From the NCBI GenBank assembly GCA_963786955.1, contig CAWBAT010000006.1, positions 1,059,295 through 1,123,294 on the forward strand: a stretch of DNA of 64,000 bases, in the 5' to 3' direction. This DNA is from an uncultured Acidimicrobiia bacterium (lineage in GTDB: Bacteria > Acidobacteriota > Terriglobia > Versatilivoradales > Versatilivoraceae). The number at the start of each line of letters is the position of its first letter. Positions within the stretch are counted from its first letter, which is position 1. Of this stretch, positions 53,321 through 64,000 are shown piece by piece. The notes under the pieces were generated by a model. That model was not told the origin of the DNA. It saw only the letters and a program-made list of their open reading frames with translations, and did no database searches. The translations under genes and the position numbers were made by a program.

Positions 53321-53625
53321 GATGCTACTAAGGCTAATCGAAATCCCTATCCATTGAAAGGACGACGAGCATCAGCCACAATTGATGCCCCCGATTTTCC
53401 GCGCCTTCAGGTTTGTGGGGGCGGATTCGTTTAAGAGGTCAGACTGGTATTGGCAACCCCCGAAGCCCCGCGCCTGTTGAAGACCCCGCTCTTCGGGCAC
53501 GTCATGGTATCATTTCAGCCAGAGAAGGATTCGAACTACGAAGAACTTGACAAGAACAGTAGGAGGCAGCCTAAAATGTCAATTGCGTTCACCTCAGGAT
53601 CACAGACTATTGAAGGAGATTGACC

Positions 53626-54285
53626 ATGTCTTTACGTATTAATGACGATGCCCCCAATTTTTCCGCCGAGACGACCCAAGGCCCAATCAGCTTTCACGAA
53701 TGGATCGGCGATGGCTGGGCGATCTTGTTTTCCCATCCAAAAGATTTTACTCCCGTGTGCACCACAGAACTCGGCTATATGGCAGGACTCCATCCCGAGT
53801 TTGAAAAGCGAAACTGCAAGATTATCGGACTAAGCGTGGACCCCGTTTCCAATCACAGCAAGTGGGCAGCGGATATCGAAGAGACTCAAGGCCACAAGGT
53901 GAAGTACCCGATGATCGGCGACCCGGAACTGAAGGTTGCTAAACTTTATGACATGCTGCCGGCTGCCAGCGGAACGACTTCCGAGGGGAGGACCGCGGCG
54001 GACAATGCCACCGTGCGTACGGTATTCGTAGTCGGCCCGGACAAGAAGATCAAGTTGATGCTGAGTTACCCGATGAGCACGGGCCGTAATTTCGACGAAG
54101 TCCTGCGCGTCCTCGATTCGATACAGCTTACCGCAAAGCATAAGGTGGCCACGCCGGTGAACTGGAAGAGGGGCGAAGACGTCATCATCCTGCCGTCTGT
54201 GTCGGATGAGGAGGCGAAAAAGAAATTCGTCGAAGGATGGAAAGCACCCAAACCTTACCTTCGCATTGTTCCTCAGCCGAAGTAA
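53626..54285 (+). CDS. 1-Cys peroxiredoxin (Prx6 type)
   Basis: FSHPKDFTPVCTTE, YPMSTGRNFDE and ATPVNW. Confidence 0.95.
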   Translation: MSLRINDDAPNFSAETTQGPISFHEWIGDGWAILFSHPKDFTPVCTTELGYMAGLHPEFEKRNCKIIGLSVDPVSNHSKWAADIEETQGHKVKYPMIGDPELKVAKLYDMLPAASGTTSEGRTAADNATVRTVFVVGPDKKIKLMLSYPMSTGRNFDEVLRVLDSIQLTAKHKVATPVNWKRGEDVIILPSVSDEEAKKKFVEGWKAPKPYLRIVPQPK

Positions 54286-54320
54286 CTCTGCATTAGAATT
54301 TACCGAAACAACCTGCGTTA

Positions 54321-54617
54321 CCCCCTGAAGTCCCCCCTTGTTCAAGGGGACTATTGAGGAATTGGGTCTACTCACATACGACTGGCGACGCTTAAAGGAC
54401 GCATGCCTTCTCTTGACCAGGAGGAGCAATGAGGTCTATTCCCGCCTTATTCAAGCTAGGAATCCTTTTGTCTTGTCCCCTGTTGGTTTAGGGCGAACCC
54501 CGATCTCTTGTCCCACTAAATTCAGGTGAGGATGTCCCCGTTTTTGTCCTCCCTTATTCAGGCGAAGACACCTCCTCCCTAAGTCCCCCCTTGAACAAGG
54601 GGGGACTTCAGGGGGGT
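54321..54617. repeat. Two copies of the AAGTCCCCCCTTG..CAAGGGGGGAC hairpin repeat
   Basis: Copies at 54321-54351 and 54577-54617. Relatives at 18894-18920, 23398-23564, 33081-33113 and 63868-63890. Confidence 0.75.
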
Positions 54618-55007
54618 TGAGAAAAACAGACTGCGTCGTCGCTCCATCAAGGAGGGACGAATAAGAAGTTTGAAATCTCAAGGAAAGTCCGTTTCCACCG
54701 CAATTTCTCGCTTACTGACTCAAGCGGAGAATTTGATTTCGGACGGCTTCAAAGGCTGCCCTGAGCTGAACCGGGTCACTTGCAAAATAATATTTGCCTT
54801 CCAATTGATTGGGGTTAAAACTAGCTGAGGCCTTATCATTGGCAACTCGTTGTAGGATCGAGCTACCTGTCTCGTTAGCAGTTCCCATAGGCTCAAGTAG
54901 TAAGTTCCAAGCCCTAAGGTATAAATTCGAATCTTAAAATCGCCACTCGTGTCGCCCCGGGCGGCATTAGCCAGAGTATCAAGCAGATTGCGGGCAGAGA
55001 GCGTGTT

Positions 55008-57542
55008 CTAATGAAGAGGCTGCTGGCTGCTGGTCTTAAGCGAGGTTAGCCGCTGCTCGATCTCGCCGATCCGCGCCCGGTTTTCTGGGACGTTCTTCGA
55101 AGCGTTGGCCTGAAATCGATAAGTCTTGCCTTTGAACTGAATTTTGAGTTTATCACCTGTTTCCACTTGCACAATTTCCGATAGCTTCAAGGCAAACCCA
55201 TCGTTCGAATCGGTCGATGGAATATAGGCGATCTGATATCCATTAAATCTAAGACGCCCTGTGCAGCTTCCAATCGTATGGTCGTGAATCACTGCATAGG
55301 CATTGAATGTGAGTCGGTCTATTTCCCTTTTCAAGTCTTGACTACTGAGAGGAACTCCATTTTCGTTTTGGGAGAGATAAAGCAGAGCTGAATAGACAAG
55401 CTTGGCGTCATCATATTTGCCATCCTGGGCCAATGCTTTGGCTTGGGAAACGGCCTTCATCAGACTATCCTTCTTGAGTTCGAGGGCTTTTGGAGCCTGA
55501 GGTTGGCTCGCCAGGAGCAGGTTGCAATAGGCAATCACGTTATCCGTTGCGGGCGTGACATAGTGCCCGGCGCTCATTGCGGCCTCTGCCTTCTGCATCC
55601 AGGAATTTCTTGATTCTATGAGGCGGGATTCTTCGGCCTTAAGACTCTCAACCAGGGTTTTCAATTCGGGAGTCTCAGGAAAGTAGTTCTGCATTTGTTT
55701 AACGAGCGTGCTCGCACTCGCATAGTCTCTGGCTTGGAGGCTTCGATTCGCTTGAGCGACCAGGTTGTGAAGGATTTGGTCGAGTTTTTCCTTACTGAAA
55801 GAACTGTCGGGAGAAATGACATCCAGTTTTTGGATGAGTTCGATGGCATTCCCTGGATTCGGGGGTAGGTATCGCCCGGCACTGAGGGCAATAGTTATTT
55901 GTTGTTGCAGGTCTTGAATTTTCTTCTCCTGGGCCTGTTTATTGGCCAGATCCATCTGCGATTGTTTTTTAAGGTTGGTTTTTGCGGTGTTCAGCTGCTG
56001 GGCTGCTTCCCGGTCGTTGGGATTGATTTTTAACACGTCAATCCATAGAGCGATTGCTTTCCCCCAATTACTGCTGGCCATCTCCCGGTTGCCGAGATCT
56101 CTGAGGCGCTCGTGAATTTGTTGTTTCAAATTCAATGCAAACGAGTTCTTGGGCTCAGCTTGCAAAATAGAATCACACAAACGATTGGCTTCCATGAACC
56201 TTCCTTGCTTGAAGGCTTTTTCGGCCTGGGCGTGTTCATCCCCTTCAGCGGACTTGGATAGATCTATTGGGGGCCGCAGTCGATCTGCTGGGACGGCGAG
56301 ATTGCTATTTGATTGAGGCTGAACTTCCGTACTCTTCATCTGCCTTGGTGGGCCTAGAACAAGCCAGGCACCCAGGATCAAACCAAACAACAATCCTGCG
56401 CCGAGCAGGTAAACAAATCTTAGATTCTTAGTTTCTGGCTTTAAGCCGCTTTCGGAAGTGCCCGTCATTTTTCCCAATTCGCGTTCCTGATCCACGGCCG
56501 TCCATTCTGAGCTGAGATCTCTGGGACTCCCCTCAAGGGACTTTCTGGTCACATCATTTCTTATTTTCTCGGGGAGAGACTCGGAAGGGAGTTCTGACTT
56601 TGCCTTGAGAAGTGAGTTTACGGGATTCGAACTCAGACTCGAGTTGGGCGACAAAGACTCACTCGCGTCATCCGGTTCTTGGTGCACGGCCCGAGAAGGC
56701 ACCGGAGAGAGTTCCGCTTGAACCTGCACATCGGGCGCTGGAAGTTTCGATAGCGTCGTGCCCCGATTTTCCTGGGGAGGGGTGACCGTCACATTCGGAG
56801 AGAGCTCCGATTGAACCAGCACATCAGGCGCCGGAAGTTTCGATAGCGTTTTGCTCCGATTCTCGGGGGGTGCGGCGATCGTCACATTCGAAAGAGACCG
56901 CTTTTGTTTCTCGGCCTCCTCTATGCTAATTTGCAAATAATCGCGAAGATCATGATTCTCCGGGTCCAGTTCCGTGAGCAGTTTGAACCTCTGAACACAC
57001 TCGCTGTAGCGCCCATGTTCAAAAAATTTCAGGGATTCTGCTTTGAACTGCGCGATGCGATTGCCAAGATCTGAATCTGCTGGTTGGAGTTGCGATTCCT
57101 GTTCGGCTCTTTCAATCAATGCGAGGACTTCCGGATTTCCCGGCGCCATTTTGTGAGCCTCATGCAGGATATCCAGGCAAGCTTTGAAGTCTTGTTTTTC
57201 GTAAAGTGCGTGGGCCCGCCCCAGAAAGCGATTAAGGTAGGGCAGATCTGGTTGTAAACTTTTTTCAGGCGGCGGTTGACTGGCCTGGCGGATTTTTTCT
57301 ACATCCTGGAGAAGCTTTCTGAGATTCTGTTCTAGAGTTAAGGTAGGGCTTTCATCCTTTGATACTAGAGGGCTTGTCAGGTCCACCATACTAGAGGCGC
57401 CTTCGAAAAAACGTCCCGGGGTTGCCAGATCTTTGTCCTCTACAAGGCCATCTTCGAGACCTCGCCAGCCATTTTCAAGCGGAGAAGACTTTTCTTCCGC
57501 GCTCCCCTTACTGCTTTCTGCAGAATCTCTGAGTTCCGACAT
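55008..57542 (-). CDS. Single-pass membrane TPR-repeat protein
   Basis: TPR-like helices on both sides of one TM segment (FVYLLGAGLLFGLILGAWLVLG). C-terminal HDHTIGSCTGRL domain and an internal 31-aa duplication. Confidence 0.8.
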   Translation of the reverse strand: MSELRDSAESSKGSAEEKSSPLENGWRGLEDGLVEDKDLATPGRFFEGASSMVDLTSPLVSKDESPTLTLEQNLRKLLQDVEKIRQASQPPPEKSLQPDLPYLNRFLGRAHALYEKQDFKACLDILHEAHKMAPGNPEVLALIERAEQESQLQPADSDLGNRIAQFKAESLKFFEHGRYSECVQRFKLLTELDPENHDLRDYLQISIEEAEKQKRSLSNVTIAAPPENRSKTLSKLPAPDVLVQSELSPNVTVTPPQENRGTTLSKLPAPDVQVQAELSPVPSRAVHQEPDDASESLSPNSSLSSNPVNSLLKAKSELPSESLPEKIRNDVTRKSLEGSPRDLSSEWTAVDQERELGKMTGTSESGLKPETKNLRFVYLLGAGLLFGLILGAWLVLGPPRQMKSTEVQPQSNSNLAVPADRLRPPIDLSKSAEGDEHAQAEKAFKQGRFMEANRLCDSILQAEPKNSFALNLKQQIHERLRDLGNREMASSNWGKAIALWIDVLKINPNDREAAQQLNTAKTNLKKQSQMDLANKQAQEKKIQDLQQQITIALSAGRYLPPNPGNAIELIQKLDVISPDSSFSKEKLDQILHNLVAQANRSLQARDYASASTLVKQMQNYFPETPELKTLVESLKAEESRLIESRNSWMQKAEAAMSAGHYVTPATDNVIAYCNLLLASQPQAPKALELKKDSLMKAVSQAKALAQDGKYDDAKLVYSALLYLSQNENGVPLSSQDLKREIDRLTFNAYAVIHDHTIGSCTGRLRFNGYQIAYIPSTDSNDGFALKLSEIVQVETGDKLKIQFKGKTYRFQANASKNVPENRARIGEIEQRLTSLKTSSQQPLH

Positions 57543-58087
57543 GTCCTCCTCACTTTGACAGGAAAATGTTAGGTATCTTTCGACCCATTTGTTTCAGAGC
57601 ATGTGAAAAATCCGGCTCAAAGTTTTTTATCGAGCAAAAAACCATAAAACTTAAGACTTTTTCAATGCTTGCCTTCTTCGTGCTCGCTTACCAATGCTCG
57701 TGCAGTCGTTGGGGACGAATAGGGATTGTTACCGAGTTTAAGCGGCGCTTGAGAATTGAGTTAAGACACTTCTCAATAGGAGGAAGTTTTCTTGCGGGAG
57801 GGAATTTAGGTTTCCTTGGTTCTTGTGACCGGACTCATGAGGTCGTTCGTTCAACCAGCTGCATATAACATCTTGAAGCAATTTTACATTTTCGTGACAA
57901 TCTAAAACTGTTTGCCAGATATCCTTCGCATCTATAAGTGCGCAAACTCTGGCCAATTCAACTGGCGTCAAAGTTCCAACAGGTCTAAGGCTAAGGTGAT
58001 TGCTGCCTGGATTGTCAATGCAACGATATGCCCGTGAAATCGAACATCCATCGGCGGCAGAACCCAGCCGATCTGGATTGATCTAAG

Positions 58088-59365
58088 ATGCATTTAACTG
58101 ACACAAACAAACCAGACGAAGATGATTTTGGCTACCTGGGGTGGCGGGTCGCCTTGGCTTCAGCCTTGGCCCTTTTTGTAGGTTTCGGCTCACTGTTTGT
58201 GAGCACTTTCGGAATTTTCCTGAAGCCTTTGACAGAGGAGTTTTCCTGGTCCCGACAGGCCTATTCATTGGCCTTTGGAATCGCCGCGATGACGGTAGCC
58301 CTCAGTTCGCCTGGGTTGGGCTATCTGCTCGACCGGTTTGGGCCGAAGCGTATCATTCTCCCCTGCTTGACCATCTATGGAAGTGCCTTCGCCTCTTTGT
58401 TTCTCCTGACTCCCCATCTCATCCACCTCTACGCCGTATTTGTTATCTTGGGCCTTGTTGGAAACGGGACCGCTCAGTTGGCTTATTCCCAGGCAGTCTC
58501 CACTTGGTTCGATCGGCGGCGAGGCTCTGCCCTGGCGCTCTTGATGGCCGGAAGCGCAATCGGGGCCATGATCCTGCCTCCAGTCGCGCAATCCCTAATT
58601 CTTCATCTAGGTTGGCGGGCAGCATTTCTGGCCCTTGGATCGATGATTCTCTTGCTAGGATTGCCCGTGGTCACACGATTTGTGAGGGAAAAACCGGGTT
58701 TTCGCGGCAGTGTAAAGCGTGAGGCCCGCGGCGCCTCGCTTTCTCAAGCCTTGCAGTCACGTCCGTTCTGGATACTGATCACGGCTCTTTTTCTAGCTTC
58801 GGTTAGCCAGAACGGATCTTTGACTCACCTCTCCGCATTACTCACGGATCGAGGGGTATCAGCTGGTGAGGGTGCCATGGCTCTTTCTGCGATGGGAGGA
58901 GCCAGTCTTCTGGGGCGGCTCGTCACAGGCTGGTTGCTAGACCGATTCTTTGCACCTTGGGTTGCATTTAGCCTCCTAACGATATCTGCTTTCGGTGTCT
59001 ACTTGCTATCGACTGCCCATTCACTGCCGGTTGGCTCTTTAGCGGCTGCTCTGATCGGATTGGGCATGGGTGGAGAAGCCGACATTACCCCATACCTTCT
59101 GTCAAGATACTTCGGGTTTCGATCCTTCTCGATGCTTTACGGTTTCACTTGGACATCCTACGCAATCGCTGCGGCCATTGGACCCGTCTTGATGGGAAAA
59201 GCCTTCGACATATCCGCTTCGTACCAAGCTTTTCTGGTGAAACTCTCTGCCGTGACACTGGCCTCTGCCTGCCTGATGCTGTTGCTGCCGAGATACGGTG
59301 CGGGAAGTCGCCACGAATTCATGTCTTCCCCAAGCGAACCAGAAACGGCAGCCCCGAGGCAATGA
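58088..59365 (+). CDS. MFS transporter (OFA/monocarboxylate-like)
   Basis: GYLLDRFGPKR, WFDRRRGSAL and GWLLDRF, with about 12 TM helices. Confidence 0.9.
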   Translation: MHLTDTNKPDEDDFGYLGWRVALASALALFVGFGSLFVSTFGIFLKPLTEEFSWSRQAYSLAFGIAAMTVALSSPGLGYLLDRFGPKRIILPCLTIYGSAFASLFLLTPHLIHLYAVFVILGLVGNGTAQLAYSQAVSTWFDRRRGSALALLMAGSAIGAMILPPVAQSLILHLGWRAAFLALGSMILLLGLPVVTRFVREKPGFRGSVKREARGASLSQALQSRPFWILITALFLASVSQNGSLTHLSALLTDRGVSAGEGAMALSAMGGASLLGRLVTGWLLDRFFAPWVAFSLLTISAFGVYLLSTAHSLPVGSLAAALIGLGMGGEADITPYLLSRYFGFRSFSMLYGFTWTSYAIAAAIGPVLMGKAFDISASYQAFLVKLSAVTLASACLMLLLPRYGAGSRHEFMSSPSEPETAAPRQ

Positions 59366-59515
59366 GTCGAACCGAATGGTTATTCACTTCCCGGAAATAA
59401 GGGCTCTTGGACGGAACAGTCCGGTTCATGGATCGGTATCTGAGCATCAGCTTTGAAAGATTTCCGTTCCCAACAGTTTCCAGCAGTCCATCAAAATCGT
59501 GATAGGGTGTTCTGC

Positions 59516-60550
59516 ATGCAAAAAGATCGGTATTCCAAATTTTGGAGTGGACTCTGGAAAGGCTTCATCCTCTTGATTTGCGGGATGGGAATCCTAACGA
59601 CGAGAAGCTTGGGGCAGAGAGCAGAGCCTCTTGTACTCGTCCAAAAAATCCCTTTACCGGAGATCACGGGACGGATCGATCACATGGCGCTTGATTTAAA
59701 GCGCGACAGGCTCCTGGTTGCAGCATTGGCCAGCCACCGCCTTGAGATCGTGAGTCTAAAGGCAAATCAGGTTGTTCATTCCATCCTCGGCCTGAATGAA
59801 CCGCAGGGCGTGGTTTACGTGCCGGAACTCGATCGCATTTTTGTAGCGAACGGGGGAGATGGAAGCGTGAATGCCTACGATGGGGAGTCATTTGCAAAGG
59901 TAGGCTCCGTTGCTTTTGGCGACGACGCCGATAACCTGCGCTATGACGCATCCGCGAAGAAAGTTTATGTCGGCTATGGTTCAGGAGCCATCGGGGCTAT
60001 TGATGTAACCTCCCTGCAAAGAAAGAGTCCTGTCAAATTGAAGGGGCATCCTGAATCCTTTCAATTGGAAAAGATCGGAACCAATATTTATGTCAACGTG
60101 CCGGCAGCCAAAGAGATTGCCATCATTGATCGATCAACGATGTCGCTCCTTTCGAGTTGGTCCCTCGACCGGCTCAGCGCGAACTTTCCGATGTCCCTTG
60201 ACGAGAAAGGTCGCCGGCTTTTTATCGGAACACGCCAGCCCCCTCGGGTTCTCGTTCAAGACATCGTTTCCGGAAAACCGATCATCGAGCTCCTTATTGC
60301 TGGGGATACTGATGACCTATTCTATGATGCTCCCCGCAAACAACTTTACGTTTCCTGTGGAGAAGGTGTGCTCACGGTATTTAGGGAAGAAGAGCAAAAC
60401 CAATTCAAAGAGCTGTCTCAAATAACTACCGTGCGGGGGGCTCGAACTTGTCTGATGGATTCTCAAGGAGGACGGCTTTTTCTGGCTGTCCCTCACGGCA
60501 GCTCAAATGATGCCGCCATTTGGGTCTACCAGATCAATTCCGTAAAATGA
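59516..60550 (+). CDS. YncE/YVTN-like beta-propeller protein, exported
   Basis: GRIDHM, PQGV, DADNLRYD, HPESFQLE, ANFPM and GARTC after a signal-like segment. Confidence 0.8.
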   Translation: MQKDRYSKFWSGLWKGFILLICGMGILTTRSLGQRAEPLVLVQKIPLPEITGRIDHMALDLKRDRLLVAALASHRLEIVSLKANQVVHSILGLNEPQGVVYVPELDRIFVANGGDGSVNAYDGESFAKVGSVAFGDDADNLRYDASAKKVYVGYGSGAIGAIDVTSLQRKSPVKLKGHPESFQLEKIGTNIYVNVPAAKEIAIIDRSTMSLLSSWSLDRLSANFPMSLDEKGRRLFIGTRQPPRVLVQDIVSGKPIIELLIAGDTDDLFYDAPRKQLYVSCGEGVLTVFREEEQNQFKELSQITTVRGARTCLMDSQGGRLFLAVPHGSSNDAAIWVYQINSVK

Positions 60551-60620
60551 AAAGACCTTGTCGTCATCCTCCCTTATCAAACTAGAGTATCGAGTAGTTT
60601 GAAATTCCCTGCACTTCTCC

Positions 60621-60808
60621 TCCTCCAAGTGTTCCTCTTGGTTAAGGAAAACTCCTCGGGGTAAGGTAGGGCGGTCTCGCTGAGACCGCCCTACCCAGTT
60701 TGGGCATAGCGGCGCGCACGGCGTGCGCGCCCTACCAGAGCGACCACCTCCTCGCCCCCTCCGTAGAAAGAAAGGAGGGGAGCCAGAATTGAATTTCTTC
60801 ACACCCTC
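60621..60808. repeat. Composite REP element, inverted homolog of 28096-28282
   Basis: GGTAGGGCGGTCTCGCTGAGACCGCCCTACC and GCGCGCACGGCGTGCGCGCCCTACC hairpins, with the terminus AATTTCTTCACACCCTC. Confidence 0.8.
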
Positions 60809-61249
60809 CCTCTCGCGCAGGGGAATTCAGACTGTCATCGTTTGAATGCAACTTGGTATCGAGCGTGCGCGAGGGAACGGCCGTCCCACACGCCTGATCC
60901 CCCTTTCTTCACTGGCAGCTCGAAGTAGAGCGCAGCTTGACCCTGTGGGCAGACGGCACGACACTCGTCATTCAATCCTTGTTGGATAGGTTGATCCAGG
61001 GATACAATTTGACTGCCATATCGGAGGAATCAGGGCGGACCTCAGAGACTTAATCCGGTCCCACATGACACAGGAAGATGAGGTTGAGGAATATCCAAAG
61101 TGCACTCAAGAAGAAAACCCTCATAGATACCCACCGGAACATACGGTCTGACTCAGAGGATTGATCGTGAAGGCTATGAGAGGTTACGGGCAAGCTGCCC
61201 AACACCCGATGGAAAACTTCCACGAAAAGAAGGAGAAAGGGAGACGAAA

Positions 61250-63829
61250 ATGATTTCGAAAGTGCCATCGAGGCGAAGTTTCTTGCAAGCTGCCACAAGC
61301 TCGCTGGGACTAACTTGGGCCCAGCTAAAAGGGTTTAGTTTCACCAACAACTCTTCTTCGGCTCGACCAATCCAAGAACCCAAGGGATCTCAGCGGCTTT
61401 TTCCGTCGGAGCTGTCTTCGGCAGCGTGGCATCAATTCAGTGCTGCAGGCTATGCAAAACCTGTTACGGGCATCATTTATCGCACTCACGCCGTTTCATA
61501 CTTTTCTGCCTATATGGAGCGGCCAATGCCCGTATCGGGAATGCCGCTCGGGGCTATCGATACAGGAGGATTGTATCTGGATCCTTGTGGAGTATTGGGT
61601 TACAGCTCCATCTTCAACCATATCACGCCGGCGGGCGGGCCACTGAATACGCCTTATCTGGGCGTTGGGGTCGGCGGCAAAACCTGGGTGCTCGCAACGG
61701 GTCAGACAAAAAACTATGCCGGGAACAACCGGCCGAGTTTCGGACCTAATCTAAAGCTCTTGAATGCCGAGATGGCGGAGTTGAGCGATTATTGGGGCCA
61801 TTATCCGATCGCTGATGTCGAATACAAAAACGGTGCGCCTGTGCAGGTAGGGCTGCGCGCCTGGACTCCCTTCATACCCGGCGATTTGAAGGTTTCCAAT
61901 ACACCCGGAGCGGTTTTTGAAGTTCACCTCAAGAACGTCACTTCATCTCCTCAGAAAGGGACGCTGGCCTTCAGCTTTCCGGGCTTTAGCGATCATCACA
62001 CGCGAGACGAGGTCGTCGGCTGGCCTGACCTGTCGGCCAAACCGGTCCTTCCCAAACCACATATCGATCGTCGGCCAGCACCCGCCGGTCTTTCTGGCAC
62101 CTGGGTGGAGGACAAGAGTTGGGGAATGAGCTACATCGTCGCAGCTCTCGACGAAAAAAATGTGCGCATCGGCGGCGCACTCGGGTCCGACGGAATGAAG
62201 TGGGCCGACATCGAAAAGAAACTGCCGGAACCCGGCGAGCACGATAACGGCAGCTCGTCTTTGGCGGTGGGATTCAGCGTTGAACCAGGTCAGGAAAAAG
62301 TCATCCGCATCATCCTCGCATGGTACGCGCCGGAGTGGGAGGGCAACGGCATTCCGGGGACCGGGGGTAGCCGCATCATTACGCAAGCGCCCGGCAACCC
62401 ATTGGTCCCTTCCACGACGGGCAAGCGATTCACGCACATGTACGCCAAACGCTTTGCGAACGCGGGAGACGCGGCAAAGTATCTCGCGCAAAATCACCAG
62501 CAACTGCTACAACGAATCATCGCCTGGCAGTCCGTGATTTACGAGGAGAAGACCCTGCCTGGCTGGCTGGCCGACGCGCTGATCAATGCATTCTATTACT
62601 TTGCGCCCTGCAGCATGTGGGCCCAAGCCAGAGATCCCATCGGGAGCTGGTGCCGGCCTGAGGATGGACTCTTCGCACTCGAGGAAGCGCCGAGGTCCTG
62701 TCCTCATGTCACGACTCTCTCCAACTTTGCCATGGCCGGCCCCCTGCTCTCTTTCTTCTTCCCGGAATTAGCCGTCTCGGGCATGCGGGCTTACCGTGCT
62801 ACCCAAAAAGAAAATGGGGATATCGCACAACTCCTGGGCCGTTGGGCGGATGTGGCGAATGCCATGGCCTACGATTATCAGGAGGTCATCGTCGGAAGCT
62901 GCTACGCCATGCCCGCATATTTGCATTGGAAGATTACAGGCGATAACGAGTTCTTAAAGGAATTTTATCCGTCGGTGAAGAAGGCACTCGAGTACTCGTT
63001 CACCCAGCGGCCGGACCTCGGCCCATCGCAGATTATTGCCATGCCGCCTTTCCGGCCGGCAACCTGGAACGATTCGGAATGGTTTGAAGACCGCTCCATG
63101 ATTGGTTACGTCTCTCACCCCGGCGGTCTGCGCATGGCGGCGGCCGAGATGCTGAAGGAGTGGGCCCGAGAGGTTGGCGATACCCAAACAGCGAAGTGGT
63201 TGGAAAGCTTGCTGGCCGCCGGCAAGCAAGCCATGCAATCGTATCTATGGAAGGGTGATCACTACTTGATCTACAACGACACGGTGACCGGCAAGCAGTT
63301 GGACGCCTTCTTCACGCCACAGCTCAATGGTCAGTATTTTGCCCACTTCAACGGGGTTCCTCCCGTATTTCCTAAGGAGAACGTAGACAAAATCCTGCAA
63401 GTGCTTCGGGAGCGCGTCTGCAGATTGAGCAAGGTTGGCATGCCACCCACTTATTCAAAGACGGACGGCGGTCTGTGGGATGCCGATGCGACCGGCTATC
63501 TGACCGGGAAGTACATCTATAACAACTTCCAGGTAATTTGGAATGCCTTCACTTTCATGTACGAGGGTCAAAAAGAATTCGGTCTCGAATTGTTGCGAAA
63601 GAACCTCGAGATTTCCTATTGCAAGTGGGGCTATCTGTGGGATGGCACCTGCTGTTTAAGTGGCGCTGGTGATACCGGTGAAGTGAACTATGGCTGGGAT
63701 TACTGGTTCAATTGGTCTATTTGGATTGCTCCAGCAGCTCTCCTCAATAAGGACGTTTCGGCGCTTTCCAAACCCGGCGGGTTGGTCCACCGGGTCATCG
63801 AGGCAGGAAAACAGGGAACCATGACTTAG
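61250..63829 (+). CDS. GH116 (GBA2-like) glycoside hydrolase with Tat signal
   Basis: SRRSFLQ, GMPLGAIDTG, YWGHYP, AWTPFIPGD...SNTPGAVF, TGDNEFLKEFYP and QLNGQYFA. Confidence 0.75.
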   Translation: MISKVPSRRSFLQAATSSLGLTWAQLKGFSFTNNSSSARPIQEPKGSQRLFPSELSSAAWHQFSAAGYAKPVTGIIYRTHAVSYFSAYMERPMPVSGMPLGAIDTGGLYLDPCGVLGYSSIFNHITPAGGPLNTPYLGVGVGGKTWVLATGQTKNYAGNNRPSFGPNLKLLNAEMAELSDYWGHYPIADVEYKNGAPVQVGLRAWTPFIPGDLKVSNTPGAVFEVHLKNVTSSPQKGTLAFSFPGFSDHHTRDEVVGWPDLSAKPVLPKPHIDRRPAPAGLSGTWVEDKSWGMSYIVAALDEKNVRIGGALGSDGMKWADIEKKLPEPGEHDNGSSSLAVGFSVEPGQEKVIRIILAWYAPEWEGNGIPGTGGSRIITQAPGNPLVPSTTGKRFTHMYAKRFANAGDAAKYLAQNHQQLLQRIIAWQSVIYEEKTLPGWLADALINAFYYFAPCSMWAQARDPIGSWCRPEDGLFALEEAPRSCPHVTTLSNFAMAGPLLSFFFPELAVSGMRAYRATQKENGDIAQLLGRWADVANAMAYDYQEVIVGSCYAMPAYLHWKITGDNEFLKEFYPSVKKALEYSFTQRPDLGPSQIIAMPPFRPATWNDSEWFEDRSMIGYVSHPGGLRMAAAEMLKEWAREVGDTQTAKWLESLLAAGKQAMQSYLWKGDHYLIYNDTVTGKQLDAFFTPQLNGQYFAHFNGVPPVFPKENVDKILQVLRERVCRLSKVGMPPTYSKTDGGLWDADATGYLTGKYIYNNFQVIWNAFTFMYEGQKEFGLELLRKNLEISYCKWGYLWDGTCCLSGAGDTGEVNYGWDYWFNWSIWIAPAALLNKDVSALSKPGGLVHRVIEAGKQGTMT

Positions 63830-64000
63830 TACGGAGACACTCAATGTTGTTTGCCAGTAATGCCTCACCCCCCCGTAGTCCCCCCTTGAAAAGCTGAGCG
63901 TGTCCCATATCTTTTTCGCTGGCACAAAAAAGATGAATCTTGACGACAGACAGCACAGGCTTATCCTGCTACGAATGAATTCAGGAGTTATCCTAAATCA

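Noticed and set aside
57738-57971. 77-aa ORF upstream of the TPR gene
   Set aside because: It has a TTG start with no clear RBS and no motif, so it cannot be supported.

Overview
Bacterial chromosomal window, probably Acidobacteriota (inferred from the acidobacterial-type VWA, PAP2, Cys-rich and TPR proteins). It contains no rRNA, tRNA or CRISPR array. Gene order: MFS, ackA-pflB-pflA fermentation genes, a tripartite RND efflux operon, and a stand-alone IS200-like HUH tnpA with mirror-image hairpin arms, one of them amplified into a 76-bp tandem array. A long minus-strand sugar/polyphosphate cluster follows (ppgK, two MGH1/GH63-like glycosidases around a GH13, NhaP, FUSC, a CYTH-like protein, DUF4239, pgl, tal, pgm, histidine phosphatase). 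Next come VWA and Spy/CpxP-like genes, an IS630, a GC-rich DUF3604-PPIase-HupE/DUF2252 block bounded by a duplicated gene 3' end, an OmpR-type two-component system, PAP2, a 1-Cys peroxiredoxin, a TPR protein, MFS, a beta-propeller and a Tat-exported GH116. Two hidden layers stand out. First, the intergenic DNA is saturated with several families of palindromic repeats and MITEs, some nested, including a period-9 family that still encloses a collapsed GxxExxY nuclease-like gene. Second, there are at least seven small gene scars (pta, PFOR, GxxExxY, ppk2, pgi, DUF1254/DUF1214, sensor kinase), most not recognisable from the ORF track. Many genes carry single-base frameshifts that may be long-read errors. 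All family assignments come from motif recognition by eye; no searches were run.
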